A stretch of DNA of 64,000 nt from Prorocentrum cordatum (Eukaryota): the NCBI GenBank assembly GCA_963575745.1, contig CAUYUJ010000281.1, positions 124,001 through 188,000 on the forward strand, written 5' to 3'. The stretch's first letter is position 1. Every line of letters begins with the position of its first letter. Both the position numbers and the translations under genes were made by a program. Below the pieces are notes generated by a model. That model made no database searches. It was not told the origin of the DNA and saw only the letters and a list, made by a program, of their open reading frames with translations. This document shows, piece after piece, positions 12,895-25,398 of this stretch.

Positions 12895-14640
12895 CTGGAG
12901 GTCGATTGGCGGTGGAAACGCGAAGTCGGAGGTTAGAAATTCGAGGTCGGGATGTTGTGCTGGTGGAGGGTGGAGGTCGATTGGCGGAGGTAGAAGTCGA
13001 GAGTCGGATGCTAAAGGTTGGTTGTTGGAATGCTGATTTGCTGGGCGTCGGAAGTCGATAAGTAGAGGTGGGAGTGGAGAGTCGGATGCTAGATGCTGGA
13101 GGTCGGAATGCGGGGCTGTTGGACGCTGGAGTCCGATAGGTGGAGGTGGATCGAAAGTCGGGTGCTAGACGTTTGTGGTCGGAACGCTGAGCTGGTGGAC
13201 GCTGGAGGTCGATTGGTCGAGCTTGAAGTGGAGAGTCAGATGCTGGAGAGTGGAGGTCTTAATGTTGACCTGGTGATCGTTGGAGGTCGATAGGTGGAAG
13301 TGGAGGTGGAGAGTCGGGTGCTGGACATTGCACGTCGGAGTGTTGACCTGGTGGACGCTGGAGGTCGATTAGTAGAGGAGGAAGTGGGGAGTCAGATGCT
13401 GGAGGTTGGAGGTTGGAATGCTGAACTGGTGGAGGTTGGGAGGTCGATCGGTGGAGGTGGAAGCGGAAAGTCGCATGCTGGAGGTTGGAGGTCTTAATGA
13501 GGAGCTGGTGAACGTTGCAGGTCGATCGGTGGAGTTGAAAGTGGAGAGTCGGATTCTAGGGGTTGGAGGTAGGAGTGCTGAGTTGGTGGGCGCTGGAAGT
13601 CGATCGGTGGAGGTAGAAGTGATGGGCCGCATGCTAGAGGTTGGAAGTCATAATGTTGAGTTGATGGACGCTGGAGGTCGATAGGTGGATGTGGAAGTGG
13701 AAAGTCGGACGGTAGAGGCCGGAGGTCGTAATGTTGAGCTAGTGGAGCTAGGGAAGTCGATCGGTGGAGGTGGAGGTGAAGAGTCGCACGCTAGAGGTTG
13801 GAGGTCGTAATGCTGAGTTGATGGACGCTGGAGGTCGATAGGTGGATGTGGAAGTGGAAAGTCGGACGCTAGAGGTCGGAGGTCGTGATGTTGAGCTAGT
13901 GGAAGTAGGGAAGACGATCGGTGGAGGTGGAAGTGAAGAGTCGCATGCTAGAGGTTGGAAGTCGTAATGCTGAGCTGATGGGCGCTGGAGGTCGATAGGT
14001 GGATGCGGAAGTGGAGAGTCGGATGCTGGAGATTTTTGCACGGCCAGTATGAAGTAACATGTGCGCGTCCTTCTGCCACTCAGGAATGCACACAGCTGTC
14101 GCAACAGGGTGCAAGCGTATACAATACACGAACGGCTGGCGTGCCAAAACTGCCTGCTTGTGCGAAAAGTGTTTGAGCCAAACTGCCTGCTTGTGTCTGC
14201 TGTGAGAGTTGGATGCTGGAGATTGTAAGTCGGAGTGCTGACCTGGTGTACGCTGGAGGTCCATTGGTGGAGCTGGAAGTGGAGAGTCGGATGTTAGAGG
14301 TTGGAGGTCGCAATGTGGAGCTGATGGTTGTTGGAGGTCGAGATAGGTGGAGGTGAATGTGGAAAATCAAATGCTGCAGGTTGGTGGTTGGAATGCTGAC
14401 CTGGTGGGCGCTGGAGGTCGATGGGTGGAGGTGAAGGTGGAAAGTCAGATGCAAGAGGCTGGAGGCCGTAATGTTGAGCTGGTGGAGGTTGGGAGGTCGA
14501 AAGATGGAAGTGGAAACGGGGGGGCGAACGCTAGGGGCTGGAGGTCGGAATGCTGAAGTGGTGGGCGCTGGAGGTCGACAGGTGGAGATGGAAGTGGGGA
14601 GTGGGGTGATGGAGGGTGGAGGTCGGAAGGCCGAGCTGGA
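12895..14640. repeat. Diverged ~78-bp minisatellite (~20 units, locally a 157-bp dimer)
   Basis: Unit approximately GCTGGAGGTCGATAGGTGGAGGTGGAAGTGGAGAGTCGGATGCTAGAGGTTGGAGGTCGTAATGCTGAGCTGGTGGAC. Confidence 0.9.
14035..14203 (-). mobile_element. 169-bp retroposed insert with spliced-leader relics
   Basis: 21-bp duplication GAGAGTYGGATGCTGGAGATT (14014-14034, 14204-14224); the minus strand carries GCAGGCAGTTTGGCTCAAA and GCAGGCAGTTTTGGCAC near its 5' end and ends in a short A run. Confidence 0.65.
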
Positions 14641-14749
14641 TGTGAAACTTGAGGCTGGCCCTGATGAGGCAATCCTGCTGCTGCTAAATGTGCCTGTCCT
14701 CGCGTGAGAAATTGCGCCGGCCGGTCGCCTACTCAGGAACGTACGTACT

Positions 14750-16410
14750 TCACGAAATTCTTTTCCATTTGATCCCACTACTGTGTCGTAGCCGGTTGTA
14801 GCCACGTGATGCCGTTGAGGTCGTAGTGCCTTCGCGGCGTCTGGCGTTGGTTGTCTGCGTCGTGGAGCTGGCGGAGAAATCCGCGGATATCATCGTCCCA
14901 TCTCTTCCACTGTCCTCCATGATGACGCTGTCCAGTCTGGGAAGCGTGAAGGCTCGGGTGCCAATGGAAAACACGTTGTGGCCATTCATTTGGTAATTGC
15001 TTCGCAACGCGGGCTGTGCATCTCCATACCATCTGTTTTTGCATTGCCACCCAATCGTGTAGTGTATATTTTTGCGCGAGGACCTCCGCTTGTCGAGTCG
15101 CTCGCTTGATGTATTCAACCCGTCGTTTCTTGGCTGGTCGTCCTGGCTGTCGTCGGTATTGTCGTGATCCGCGTCGTCGGTTTCGTTTCTCAAGTAGGCG
15201 GTCGGTGGGTTGCTGTCCACGTTTTGTCCGTCGGTGCTGTCTGTGCCGGATACTAGAACTGGTGTCGAAGGTGGCTCTTGTGGGCTGGTTGCGCCGGGCG
15301 TTGGTCTGACGTCGGTGTTTCGTCGTCGAGGGGCGCAGATAACCATGCGCAGCATGCGCCGTTGTGTGCGTTGTAGCTGCTGTCGCAAAAGCTCAGTCAA
15401 CGTCGAAATACCTGCGCCATAGAGAACAGTCGGCGTGACCGCGCCGTCAAAAAGACGGAGTCGCTGTTTCAGCGGATAATGCTTTCCAGTGAGCTCTTGT
15501 CTGTGATTTGTGAAAGTTGCCCACCCTGCCTTCAGGCGGGTCTTTACCTCTGTGGCACTTGTGTCGTCGAAGCTGATGCGCTGACCCAGATACTTCACTG
15601 AACCAGAGTATGGTAAAATCTCGATGTCGAGGCCGTGGATTGCCATCTTGCGCTGACTTTCACTCCCCGTGCGTTCTGACAAGCTGGACAGGATCTTCGT
15701 TTTATCAGGATGCATATGAAAACCATACGTCCGTGCTGCTGCGGCCATGTCCTTGAGCATAGTGGCGAGGCGAGGGAGCGTCCGACTAATAAGGAGAACG
15801 TCGTCAGCGAAGCGAAGGTTCGTGAGGCAGCATTCTGGTGAGAATCCAAGTTGGACTCCTTGGGTGCGTTTTTGTCATTTGGTGACGAGCGGTCGCATTA
15901 TGTACTCAAGGAGCGAAGTGGCGAGGAGTGACCTGAGCGGGTCACCCTGTTTCGTGCCTCTGAGTAGATGAAATGGGCGGCTGGCTGAGTCTGTTTGTGC
16001 TGTCGCTGCTCGCTCAGAGCAGAGCCGCTTTAACAGGTGGATGTAGTCTGCTGTGATGCCCTGGCTTTCAAGTGCCGCCCAGAAACTTTCGTGCTCCAAT
16101 GTCGAATGCTTTGTTGAAGCCGAGTGCTGCGATCCAAAGGGGCTGGTTCCACTCGCGTGCTCTTTCCCGGAGAATGTGGAACGTGAACAAATGGTCTTGC
16201 GTGGACCGCCCAGGGCGGAAGCCTGCTTGGTCAGGAGGTTGCTGCTTGTCTGACTGCGGTTGCAGTCTGATGTACTGAAGTTTGCTGAAGAGCTTGTATA
16301 ATGAAGGTATGCTACACATTGGTCGGTAGTTCTGAGGTTGTGTAAGGTCGCCTGTTTGGGGAATGACTGTGATGACCGTCTGTCGCCAACTTTGTGGGGT
16401 TGGTGCATCT
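14750..16410 (-). mobile_element. 5'-truncated, frameshifted RTE-like non-LTR retrotransposon (RT and C-terminal region)
   Basis: RT motifs YRPMCSIPSLYKLFS, QAGFRPGRSTQDHLF, FNKAFD, RGTKQGDPL, NLRFADDVLL, VKYLG, LRLFDGAVTPTVLYG spread over several frames. Confidence 0.9.
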
Positions 16411-17396
16411 GGTAGGAGGAGGAGGAGGAGGAGGAGGAGGAGGAGGAGGAGGGGGAGGAGGAGGGGGGAGGGGGAGGGGGAGGAAGGGGGAGGGGGAGGA
16501 GGGGAGGAGGAGGAGGAGGGGAAGGAGGAGGAGGAGGAGGAGGAGGAGGAGGAGAAGGAGGAGGAGGAGGAGGAGGAGGGGTCGCCTAAGCCCTTCGGAG
16601 AAACCCTCCACTACGCCCCCGTGGCCACGAACTCCTCGATTGCTACCGACCCCCGCGGAGGCAACACCCCGAACGCCCACTGGTTGTGCAACATCTGCGC
16701 GCAAAAAAAATCCCCCTGGGGGCGGGCCGTCTCTCCCGCCCTGCAGGCTCACGCGCTGGTCGGGAGGAACAAGCGAAACCATGCCACAGGAGGGCGGACC
16801 AAAGAGGTTAGGTTCAGGCCCCCCCCAGGGACTGGCAAAACAGGGCAAACCCTACCGATTCTTGACACGAGCAGGCGCTAGAATCATATCGGGATCTGGA
16901 TATCCAGGAATACCTACTTTCAGTAACCAGCGTGTAATTCTTCGTGGGGGTGCAGCAGGAAGTCCGACCGGAAATTGTCCTGGGGCGCATTTGGATGAGA
17001 GTCCTGAGACGAGCCCGGCCGTGGCGCCGTGGCCGCGAGGGCGCCTCAAGGCCCACGGCGAGAAACGTAACACTGAAGCTCAACCCTCGGTCGTCGCGAC
17101 GTCGGCCCCGCAGGCCTCGTCGTCGCCGTCGTGGGCTTCGTCGATGAGCTCGACGAGCGAGCCCTGGGGGACCTCGGAGGTTTCCGGAGGTTCACGGAGG
17201 CCTCCCGAAGCTCACGGGGAGGGCCCAGGGCGCCTCGAAGCCTCGATATTCCTCTTCCTCGATCTGCTTCGCCGATATCGGATATCGGCGTCGTGGCCGG
17301 CATCGTCGTCAACGTCGGCCTCGTCGCGGGCGACGTCGACAGCGGCGTCGGTGACATCGTCGTCATCGTCGTCAAGGACGCCACGGGCCACGTGGC

Positions 17397-17455
17397 CTTC
17401 CGCGGAAACTTCAGCACGAACTTCTGGCAGCCCTGCATCGGGTACGGCTCGGCCC
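17397..17455 (-). CDS. HD-like host gene, exon 8 of 8 seen: (G)AEPYPMQGCQKFVLKFPRK
   Basis: CAG acceptor, GC donor; phase-1 join with 35497-35551 gives DLAGAEP. Confidence 0.75.
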
Positions 17456-19784
17456 CTGGGTGGCGCCCGACGGGAGTGCGCGGCGGCGGGGGGGGGGGCA
17501 CGAAGGAGGAGCACGAAGATGATGATGACGATGGCGATGATGAGGATGAGGATGCTGCTGCTGATGGTGGTGGTGATGATGAACATGATGATCATCCCCA
17601 CACGGTGGTGATGATGAACATGATGATCATCCCCACGAAGGAGGAGCGCGAAGACGATGGTGACGATAGCAATGATGGGGATGTGGATGCTGCTGCTGAT
17701 GGTGATGGTGATGATGGACATGATGAGCATCCACTCGTCGCGGGACGTCAGGAGCTCCTCGCTCCTGCGGTAGCAAATACTCGGCCTCGTGCGCCCGGTC
17801 GCGCTCTCGCAGACCGCCCACCCGAGAGTGGAAACGAGACGCCACACTCCAGCCGAAGCGAGTCCTCGCGCGACGTTTCCCCTGTCACGGCGGCTCGCTC
17901 AGCTAGAGCAGTAGGCAGGCCCACTCGAGCTGGGATGGGCGCGGCGCCCGCGTGGACTGGACCGCAGGGCCCCGAGCCGCTTCAGGCGCCAGCACGAGAA
18001 GCACCGAGCCCGGGAGGGGCGGGAGGGGAGCGGCCCCCGGCGTGTGCCGGGCCCCGCAGGGGGGCAGCCTACGGCACGGGGTACCCCTCCCGGGTGGCAC
18101 GCCCGCTCGTCGCGGGCAGTCGCGATCCTCGGACCCGCCTGGCGCCCCGAGCAGAAGCGGCGTGAGGGCACCCAGGAGTGCGCGGAGCCCGCCAGGGGCT
18201 GCGCCTGCACCACAGGGCCCCTCCCCACCGAACGGCGCCGCGCTCGACGGAGCGATGGGTCCCGAGCCGTGAGCGCCGCAGCTTCATCAGCGCCGCACTC
18301 GTCGGACAAGACTCCTCCTCCTCCTCCTCCTCTTCCTCCTCCTCCTCCTCTTTCTCCTCCTCCTCTTTCTCCTCCTCCTCCTCCTCCTCCTCCTCCTCCT
18401 CCTCCTCCGTCCCGAGCCGCGGCAGGATTGGATAACGCTGCCAGAGCAGAGAGGGCAGCGAGCTGGGCAGGCGCGGGGTCCCGGACGCGCGGGTGCAGCC
18501 ACACCGAGTGCGCAGAGCTGGCCGCACGCCCACAGTAACGAAGCCACGGAACTGCGCATGCACACGCTGCGCCCGCGAAGAAAACCACTGCAGTACTCAG
18601 CAGGATGCGCACCCAGTGAGAAGAGGGCGACAGGCCGAGGACACCTCCCTCGTCCGTGGCCGCTAGTCCAGCGCCGCCGAATGCCCCCCGCACCGGCCGT
18701 CCACGGTAACTCCTCAGCCATGCGAACCATAGCTGGCCGAAACGTCGTCCAGGAGGTCGTCCAGACATGCGGCTCCCGCCGCCCCGACTTCTCTGCCGTT
18801 GCGGCGGCGAGGTCTTCCATTCAATCGCCGGGCAAAGGGAGCAGGAGGATACCTCCGAACCAATCGTCTCTGATCTGCACTCGTCGGGCGAGGTAGCGGC
18901 TTGAGCCCCTGCATGTCTGGGGCGCCACGTACGGGCCAAACTCCGCGATGCCCATCTCCTCCGACCGCTTCTCAGACTGCAACTTCACGAACTTACTAAC
19001 GTCATCGAGGCACTCGGCAAGCTTGGGGCCGTGCGCGACCTGAAAAACCTCCAGATCTCCCACGCGGAAGGAATATTGTGCGCGTAGAGTGCGAAGGCGG
19101 GCGTGGCACGAGTGGCAACTGCGCGATGATATGTGCGAGCCCTCGAACGCACCGCGATCCTCCATCGCCATCCCCATCCTGCTCCCCCACGTAGGTACAG
19201 ATGGCATCATCATAGCCGTCGTGGCCGTCGTCGGATTCGGGCAGAGGTGCGAGGCTGCCCACCCACCTCCCGCCAGAATGCGACCGCCCAGCACAGCGGC
19301 GCGTTCTTCCCATGCGGCCTCACAGGACGCCATCGTGCCCACCGTGTTGTCGGGTTCTAGGGCATCCGGGGCGGGAGCCACCAGCCGCCACTCGGCGCTG
19401 ATGCGGTCGCCCTGCCACCTCGCCACGGTCGTCGGTGGCTCCGTGGACGTCTCCGCGTACCCGAGCGCACCGACGTCGTCGCAGCCGCCGCAGCCGTCGT
19501 GATCGTACCCAACCTCGCCAAGCTACCCGAGGGTTGGGCAAGAGGGGATGCCACCCAACTCCGTCGCCGCCTCCTCCTCCATCTCGGAGCCTCCTCGGGC
19601 TCAGAATGCGCCGGGGACAGCCAAGGGCTCGCGGCGGCCTCCCCCGTGGCCCGCCGCGCAACTGAACCCGCTGCTGCACTGGTCCCCGTGCAGGGCCTGG
19701 CTGCTGGGTCGCACAGGGCGGCCTCTGACTCGGCGCGGTCGACCTCCGCGAAGCGCACCTTCTCGCCCATCTTTGGAGGCGCGC

Positions 19785-19931
19785 AGAGGGGGGTAGGGGG
19801 AGGGGGGAAGGCTTCTTAGAAGCACCCCTGCTTCTTAGAAGGCGCGGGCCTTCTCTATAGACGTAAGGCCGAGGCCTTCTAAGAAGCAGGGTGCTTCTAA
19901 GAAGCCTTCCCCCCTCCCCCTACCCCCTTTT
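19785..19931. mobile_element. Palindromic MITE (diverged copy near 59843-59977)
   Basis: GGGGTAGGGGGAGGGGGAAGGCTTCTTAGAAGCACCC / GGGTGCTTCTAAGAAGCCTTCCCCCTCCCCCTACCCC; GCGCGC on both sides. Confidence 0.8.
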
Positions 19932-20561
19932 GCGCGCCGCCAACATCTCGACGACGGACCCTTCGGCGACCAGCCCCCCTGGCGCCTCCGAAGCCTCCCT
20001 CGGCCTGGGGCCGGAAACTGCCCACGCCAGGGCCGCCCGGGATGCCTCCGCGAAGCCGCCTGCATGGGCGCGGGCAGCGTGCAGCGCGGCATCCCGGCGC
20101 CGCCGCGCTCTGCTGGGCACCCGCCGCCCTGCCACGGCGAGCCGCAAGGCTGGTCTGGCCGCGGACTCGCGGCCCTGCCATGAGCCACCTCCGCCTCCAC
20201 TTCCACCTCCACCTCCACCTCCACCTCCTTCTCCTCCTCCTCCTCCTCCACCTCCACCTCCTCCTCCTCCTCCACCTCCACCTCCTCCTCCTCCTCCTCC
20301 TCCTCCTCCTCCTTCTCCTCCTCCCGCCTCGGCTGCATGCCACTGCCGCCGCCTTGCCAGGCGACGCGCAGTCGTACCAACTGGCCACCTCGGGACCCTC
20401 CGGGCGCTGGGCCGCCCCGCCATCGGCGCGTGCGCGCAGCCCCCGGCAGCCTCGGGGTCACAGACATCCTCGCCCATGGCGGCTCTACGCGGTGCCGAGG
20501 CGGACGGGCGCAGTGCGGGAGAATGGAAGACTCGGTCTGAGCCCAAACGGCCACGGACTGG

Positions 20562-20620
20562 GATGATGATGATGATGATGATGAGGAGGAGGAGGAGGAG
20601 GAGGAGGAGGAGGAGGATGG

Positions 20621-20664
<44 letters not shown>

Positions 20665-21014
20665 GTGGTGGGAGTGGTGAAGATGAACATGGACATGATG
20701 ATGCTGGTAATGCTGATCATGATGATGATGCTGATGATGAATAAGATGATGATGCTGATGCTGATGCTGATGCTGATGATGATGATGATGATGATGATGA
20801 TGCAGATGATGATGATGAGGGTGATGATAATAACGACGACGACGACGATGATGCTGATTATGATGATGATGCTGATAATGATGATGATGATACAGATGGT
20901 AATCTACGAATAATCACACAATGGTAGTAGTCTTACGAGTAGTAGTAATAATACAAATAGTATTGATAATGACAGTGGTAATGCTAATGATGATGATGCT
21001 GCTGATGATGATGC

Positions 21015-21064
<50 letters not shown>

Positions 21065-21130
21065 GTGATGATGGTGATGATGATGTTGCTGATTATGATG
21101 ATGCTGTTGATGCTGATGCTGATGATGATG
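20562..21130. repeat. (GAT)n-rich compound microsatellite
   Basis: Seen directly; similar tracts at 17518-17725, 29790-29970 and 34208-34830. Confidence 0.95.
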
Positions 21131-22397
21131 CGTGGTACTGATGCGGATGATGCCGGAAGGCAGAGGAGGAGGAAGAGGGGGACAGACAAGGAACACAATT
21201 TGCCAATCATGCACTTGCAAGCCTCGATTCTCACCGAGGCCGAAGGAGAGGGCGCTGACCTCAGGTTTTTCTATTATTTTCGGGCCTCGAGGGGCTTCCA
21301 GAAGCCTCCAGGCGCCGGGAAGGGATCATCCCCTCTACTCCCCCTTGTCTCTCCTCCGTTTTCCTCCCGTCTTCCCCCTTCCCGCTGTTCTCCTTCCTAC
21401 TCATCCGCATCTCCACCTCCTGCGCCGCCTCCTCCGCCGTCCTCCTAGCGGAGCGGGGACAATGGAAGAGATGGGGGGGGAAGTGAGGGGAACGATAACG
21501 AGAGAGATGAGAGATATGAGGTGAGACCCCCAAGACGCCCCAAGAGGGCTCCAGTAGGCCCCCAAAGAGGACGCAATCATTGACTATACTTAGTTTGTGC
21601 GTTCTCGCCTTTTCGGGCCCCCGCGTTCTAAGACGGCCCGAGAGGTCCCCAAGATGGCCCAAAATGGCCTCAAGACAGCCCAAGAGGGTCCCAACAGGGG
21701 CTCCAGAGGGGGAGCTCGAACTAGGAGGCCCCCGGAGGCACAGGAGGACACCCGAAACCGCCTCCGAGAGACTTCCGAACAGGCCGCCCACGAGATCCAC
21801 ACATGCATTCCAAGAGGCCTCTGACCTACAGCCCATGCACGGTGGCGGGATGGGCAGAAAGCCGCTAGATACGCCGCCCCTTCCTCGCCCTCCTCCTCCT
21901 CCTCCGCGAGGAGGAGGGGAAGGAGCGAGGAGCGAGGAGCGAGGAGGAGCGACGAGCGAGGAGGAGAAAGAAGGAGCACGAAAGAGGAGGAGGAGGAGGA
22001 GAAGGAGAAGGAGACTTGCCACAGGGGTGCACGTCGTGCCGAAGCTCTGGATGCTCTGGCCCTTCCAGCACGGTTCCAAGGGGGCCACGGCCGATCCCGC
22101 CACGGTCGCCTGGAAAGCTTGCTTTACGGAAGCGGGAGGCAAAGGCTTCTCCTCCTCCTCCTCCTCCTCCGCCTCCTCCTCCTCCTGCCTCCTCCTCCTC
22201 CGCATCCTCCTCCTCCTCCTCCTCCTCCTCCTCCTCCTCCTCCTCCGCCTCCTCCTCCTCCTCCTCCCCCTCCTCGTGTCCGCTCCCGGTGGCCCCAAGA
22301 GGGCCGCCAAGACGGCCAAGATGGCCTACAGGAAGAGCCGGCATGGCCCCAGGAGAGTCCAGGACGGGCCCGATGATGTCCCCAAGACGGCCCCAAG

Positions 22398-22572
22398 CCT
22401 GAATTACAAAGGACCGCGTTGTGCTCTGACCACAGACAGTAGCATGTCTGACCCTGTATCTTCATTTCTAGCAGAGGCTGTTCAGGCGTTGGCTCAAATA
22501 CTGTCCTTTCGTGCGCGGTCGTTACGAGGTGCCTTGGCACCTCACGAGTGACTTAGGCTGTGTTGTAAAAAA
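22398..22572 (+). mobile_element. 175-bp A-tailed insert in a CCCAAGA-rich repeat
   Basis: Unique sequence ending in A8, flanked by AAGACGGYCCCAAG (22384-22397, 22573-22586); contains TTGGCTCAAA. Confidence 0.5.
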
Positions 22573-23928
22573 AAGACGGTCCCAAGATGCAGACACAACG
22601 TCAAAAGATGGCCTCGAAGGGGCCCAAAGACGGCCCCAAGAGAACCTCCCACGAGACCCAAATCATGGACTTCCCGATGTGTTCAGTGAATTTGGCATTC
22701 TCGCTTTTTCGGGCCTGCGACGCTCCAAGACGGCCCCATGGGTCTCCACGATCGCCTCGAAGATGGTCCCAAGACGCATCCAAGACGGCCAAGATGGCCC
22801 AAAGACGGCCGAAAACGCGCTCCAGACGGCCCAAGATGCCCCCGAGGCGCCCCAAAAGGGCTCCAAGAGGACCTCCAGGAGGCCAGGAGTATTGATGTAC
22901 CCATGGCTGTTCGATAAATGTCGCATTCTCGCTGTTTCGGGCGTCTGACCGTCCAAGGGGACCCATGGGCTCCGCAAGACGGCCTCAGAGGGCCCCAGAC
23001 GACCCAAGAGGCACCCAGGATGGCCTCACAAGCCTCTAAGACGGCCCTAAAGCGACCAGCGAGGCAGACACGACTCCCCAGAGAGGGCCCCAACACAGCC
23101 TCCGGAGGCCAAGAGGCTCCTCAGGGCCCACCCAGGAGCGCCCCAGATGCTCCCCAGAGGCTCCCCAGGAGGTCTCTGGAGGCCTCAGAGGCCCCCAATC
23201 GGCTCAGGAAGCCCCAAGGAGGCCCCAAGAATGCCTCAAGAGGCCTCCTATTCATCCTCCTCCTCCTCCTCCTCCTCCTCCTCCTCCTCCTCGCCCTCTT
23301 CTCTTCCCTCTCCTCATTTGTTCTCTTCCTCTCCCAGGTATTCCCCCAAGGGCTTCCACAGCGGATGGGGGAGACATAGTACAATGGCCTGGCCAGCCTT
23401 CGGCCCAATGTTGGCCCGAAGGGGCGCTTCCAAATCGCAAGGGGCAGCGGAGGTTCGCCGTAGGCGTCTCCGATACGGATCCAGGAAGCCTGATTATGTG
23501 GCGGATTTCGGAAGCCCTGAACCCAAAAAACGTTTTCATCTCTCGGGGGCGCATCTTTTACTTCCGCCACCTTCCGCCAGCCTTTCGCCGGCTTTCGCGG
23601 CCTCGTTTTACTTCCGCCGACCTTCCGCCGCCTTCCGCCGAGGAAGAGATGGCAACTCCTTGACCCTCGTAGACAAGGCCTTGTTTGGAAGGCCTCACGT
23701 CAGGAATTTGGCAAAATGGTGGAGATGCGCGACATCGAAGAGGGACCTGGGAAAGATCAGCACAGACCAGCACGCGCGCACCTTGTTCTATGATCTCGCG
23801 AGCGTGCCACACCGCGCTTGCGAGCACAACAAAAGGCTTCGGGAGTAAAAGAAGAGGCCCCCTCCCTGTCGTGCCAACATCCGTGGACGATCTCATGGGT
23901 GGTCGCTGTCGGCCCTTATGAATGATTC

Positions 23929-24357
23929 TCACCATGTTCCGTTTCGCTTGAGGCGAACAGGCGAGTCGACATACGATGAATTGGCATACATCGACCTGTT
24001 GACGTTATACCCTATCTGCCAGCTGTCCACCAGTAGAGGCAAAGAGCGATCAGCTTCGCTGAACTTCTTCATCGCGTCGACAGTGTCGAACAAGTCTACG
24101 GTACTTGGAGAAACGAGCCACGCAGGGAACTCCTGTGCCGTGGTTGCGAATAATATAGGGAAGACCTCCATCATGGCAAAATCGTGGTGGAACCCGTCGT
24201 GCTCCGATTCAAATAGAACAGCGTCACCGGGGTTACGAGGTCGCATCTTCACCGACGCATAGGTGACGTTCCTCCACTCGTCGTACCAAGTCGGGGAGAA
24301 CTTGGACAACACGTCCCGCCGAACAGCGAACATGCCTTCACCGTACGTCTCATGAAT
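23929..24357 (-). pseudogene. DUF3431-like protein, 3' part
   Basis: IHETYGEGMFAVRRDVLSKFSPTWYDEW resembles the FAVsR motif; joins 25399-26139 in frame when the insertion is removed. Confidence 0.6.
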
Positions 24358-25393
24358 TCGCCGGCCCAACGGGCCTGAGGCGTGCTAAGATCTCTGGCAA
24401 CTGGTTAACAATACTTCTAGTTCGCGCGCGCGGGGCGGCCCCTGGGGGTCTCCCGGCGAAAAGTACCCCGACCGCAGCCCGACCACTGCTACCCAGAGAT
24501 GGTTTTCCTCCTGGGTGTGGCTTCTCAGGCCCCCCACAGCGCGCCAAGAGTGCCCCAAGAGGCCCCCAAGACTGCCCAAAGGGCCCCCGAGACGCCCAAA
24601 GAGCGCTCCAAGACGCCGATGATGACCCCAAGACGGCCCAAGAGGCCTCCAAGTGGCCTCCAAGAGGCCTCACAAGAGGGCCCCGAGAGGCCCAAATCAT
24701 TAATTTTACGATGGTTTTGGAAGGATTCGGGCCGTGCCCCCTGTTCGGCCATCCGATGCTCCAAGACGGCCCAAGAGGCCCCCAAGAGCGCCCCAAGACG
24801 GGCCAAGAGGCTTCCAAGAGGGCCCCAAGAGAGCCCAAGAGGGCCCCGAGACGGCCCAAGAGGCGCCCAAGACGGCCCAAGACGGCCCCAAGAGGGGCCC
24901 AAGAGGGGGACCACGAACCGAACCTCGCGCCTTCCGCCCCAAGAGGGCCCCAGGAGGCCCCGAGAGGCTCCCAAGAGGCCCCAAGATGCCGCCAAGAAGC
25001 CCCCAAGAGGCCCCAGGAGGCCCACAGGAGGCCCCCCAGAAGGCTTAAAAAGTGCCTCCCAGGCGCCCCCGAACGGCTTCTCAAAAGACCCCAAGAGGCC
25101 TCAAGATGCCTCCCAAAGAAGCATCTTGACGACGACCCTGTTTGGCCCCAAGAGCAACACAAGATGCCAACGAGAGGCTTCCTCCTCCGCCCCTTCCTCT
25201 TCTTCCTCCTCCTCCTCCTCCTCCTCCTCCTAAGTATCGTCATCCTGCTCCTCTCGTTCTCATCCTCTCCTCCTCCTCCCCTCCCCTTCCCCATCCTCAT
25301 CTTCTTCCTCCTCGGCGGCGCCACAATGGCCCCAGGCCCACGGCGAACCAGTAACGATCATGCAACATGGGCCGGCGGAATGAGCGAAGCGAT
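24358..25393 (+). mobile_element. ~1.04-kb CCCAAGA-rich element with asymmetric inverted repeats
   Basis: TGAAT on both sides (24353-24357, 25394-25398); starts (AT)TCGCCGGCCCA, ends TGGGCCGGCGGAATGAGCGAAGCGAT. Confidence 0.8.
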
Positions 25394-25398
25394 TGAAT

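Noticed and set aside
12895..14640. Repeat-protein gene in the 78-bp array
   Set aside because: Frequent frameshifts and stops; 78/79-bp units do not keep the frame
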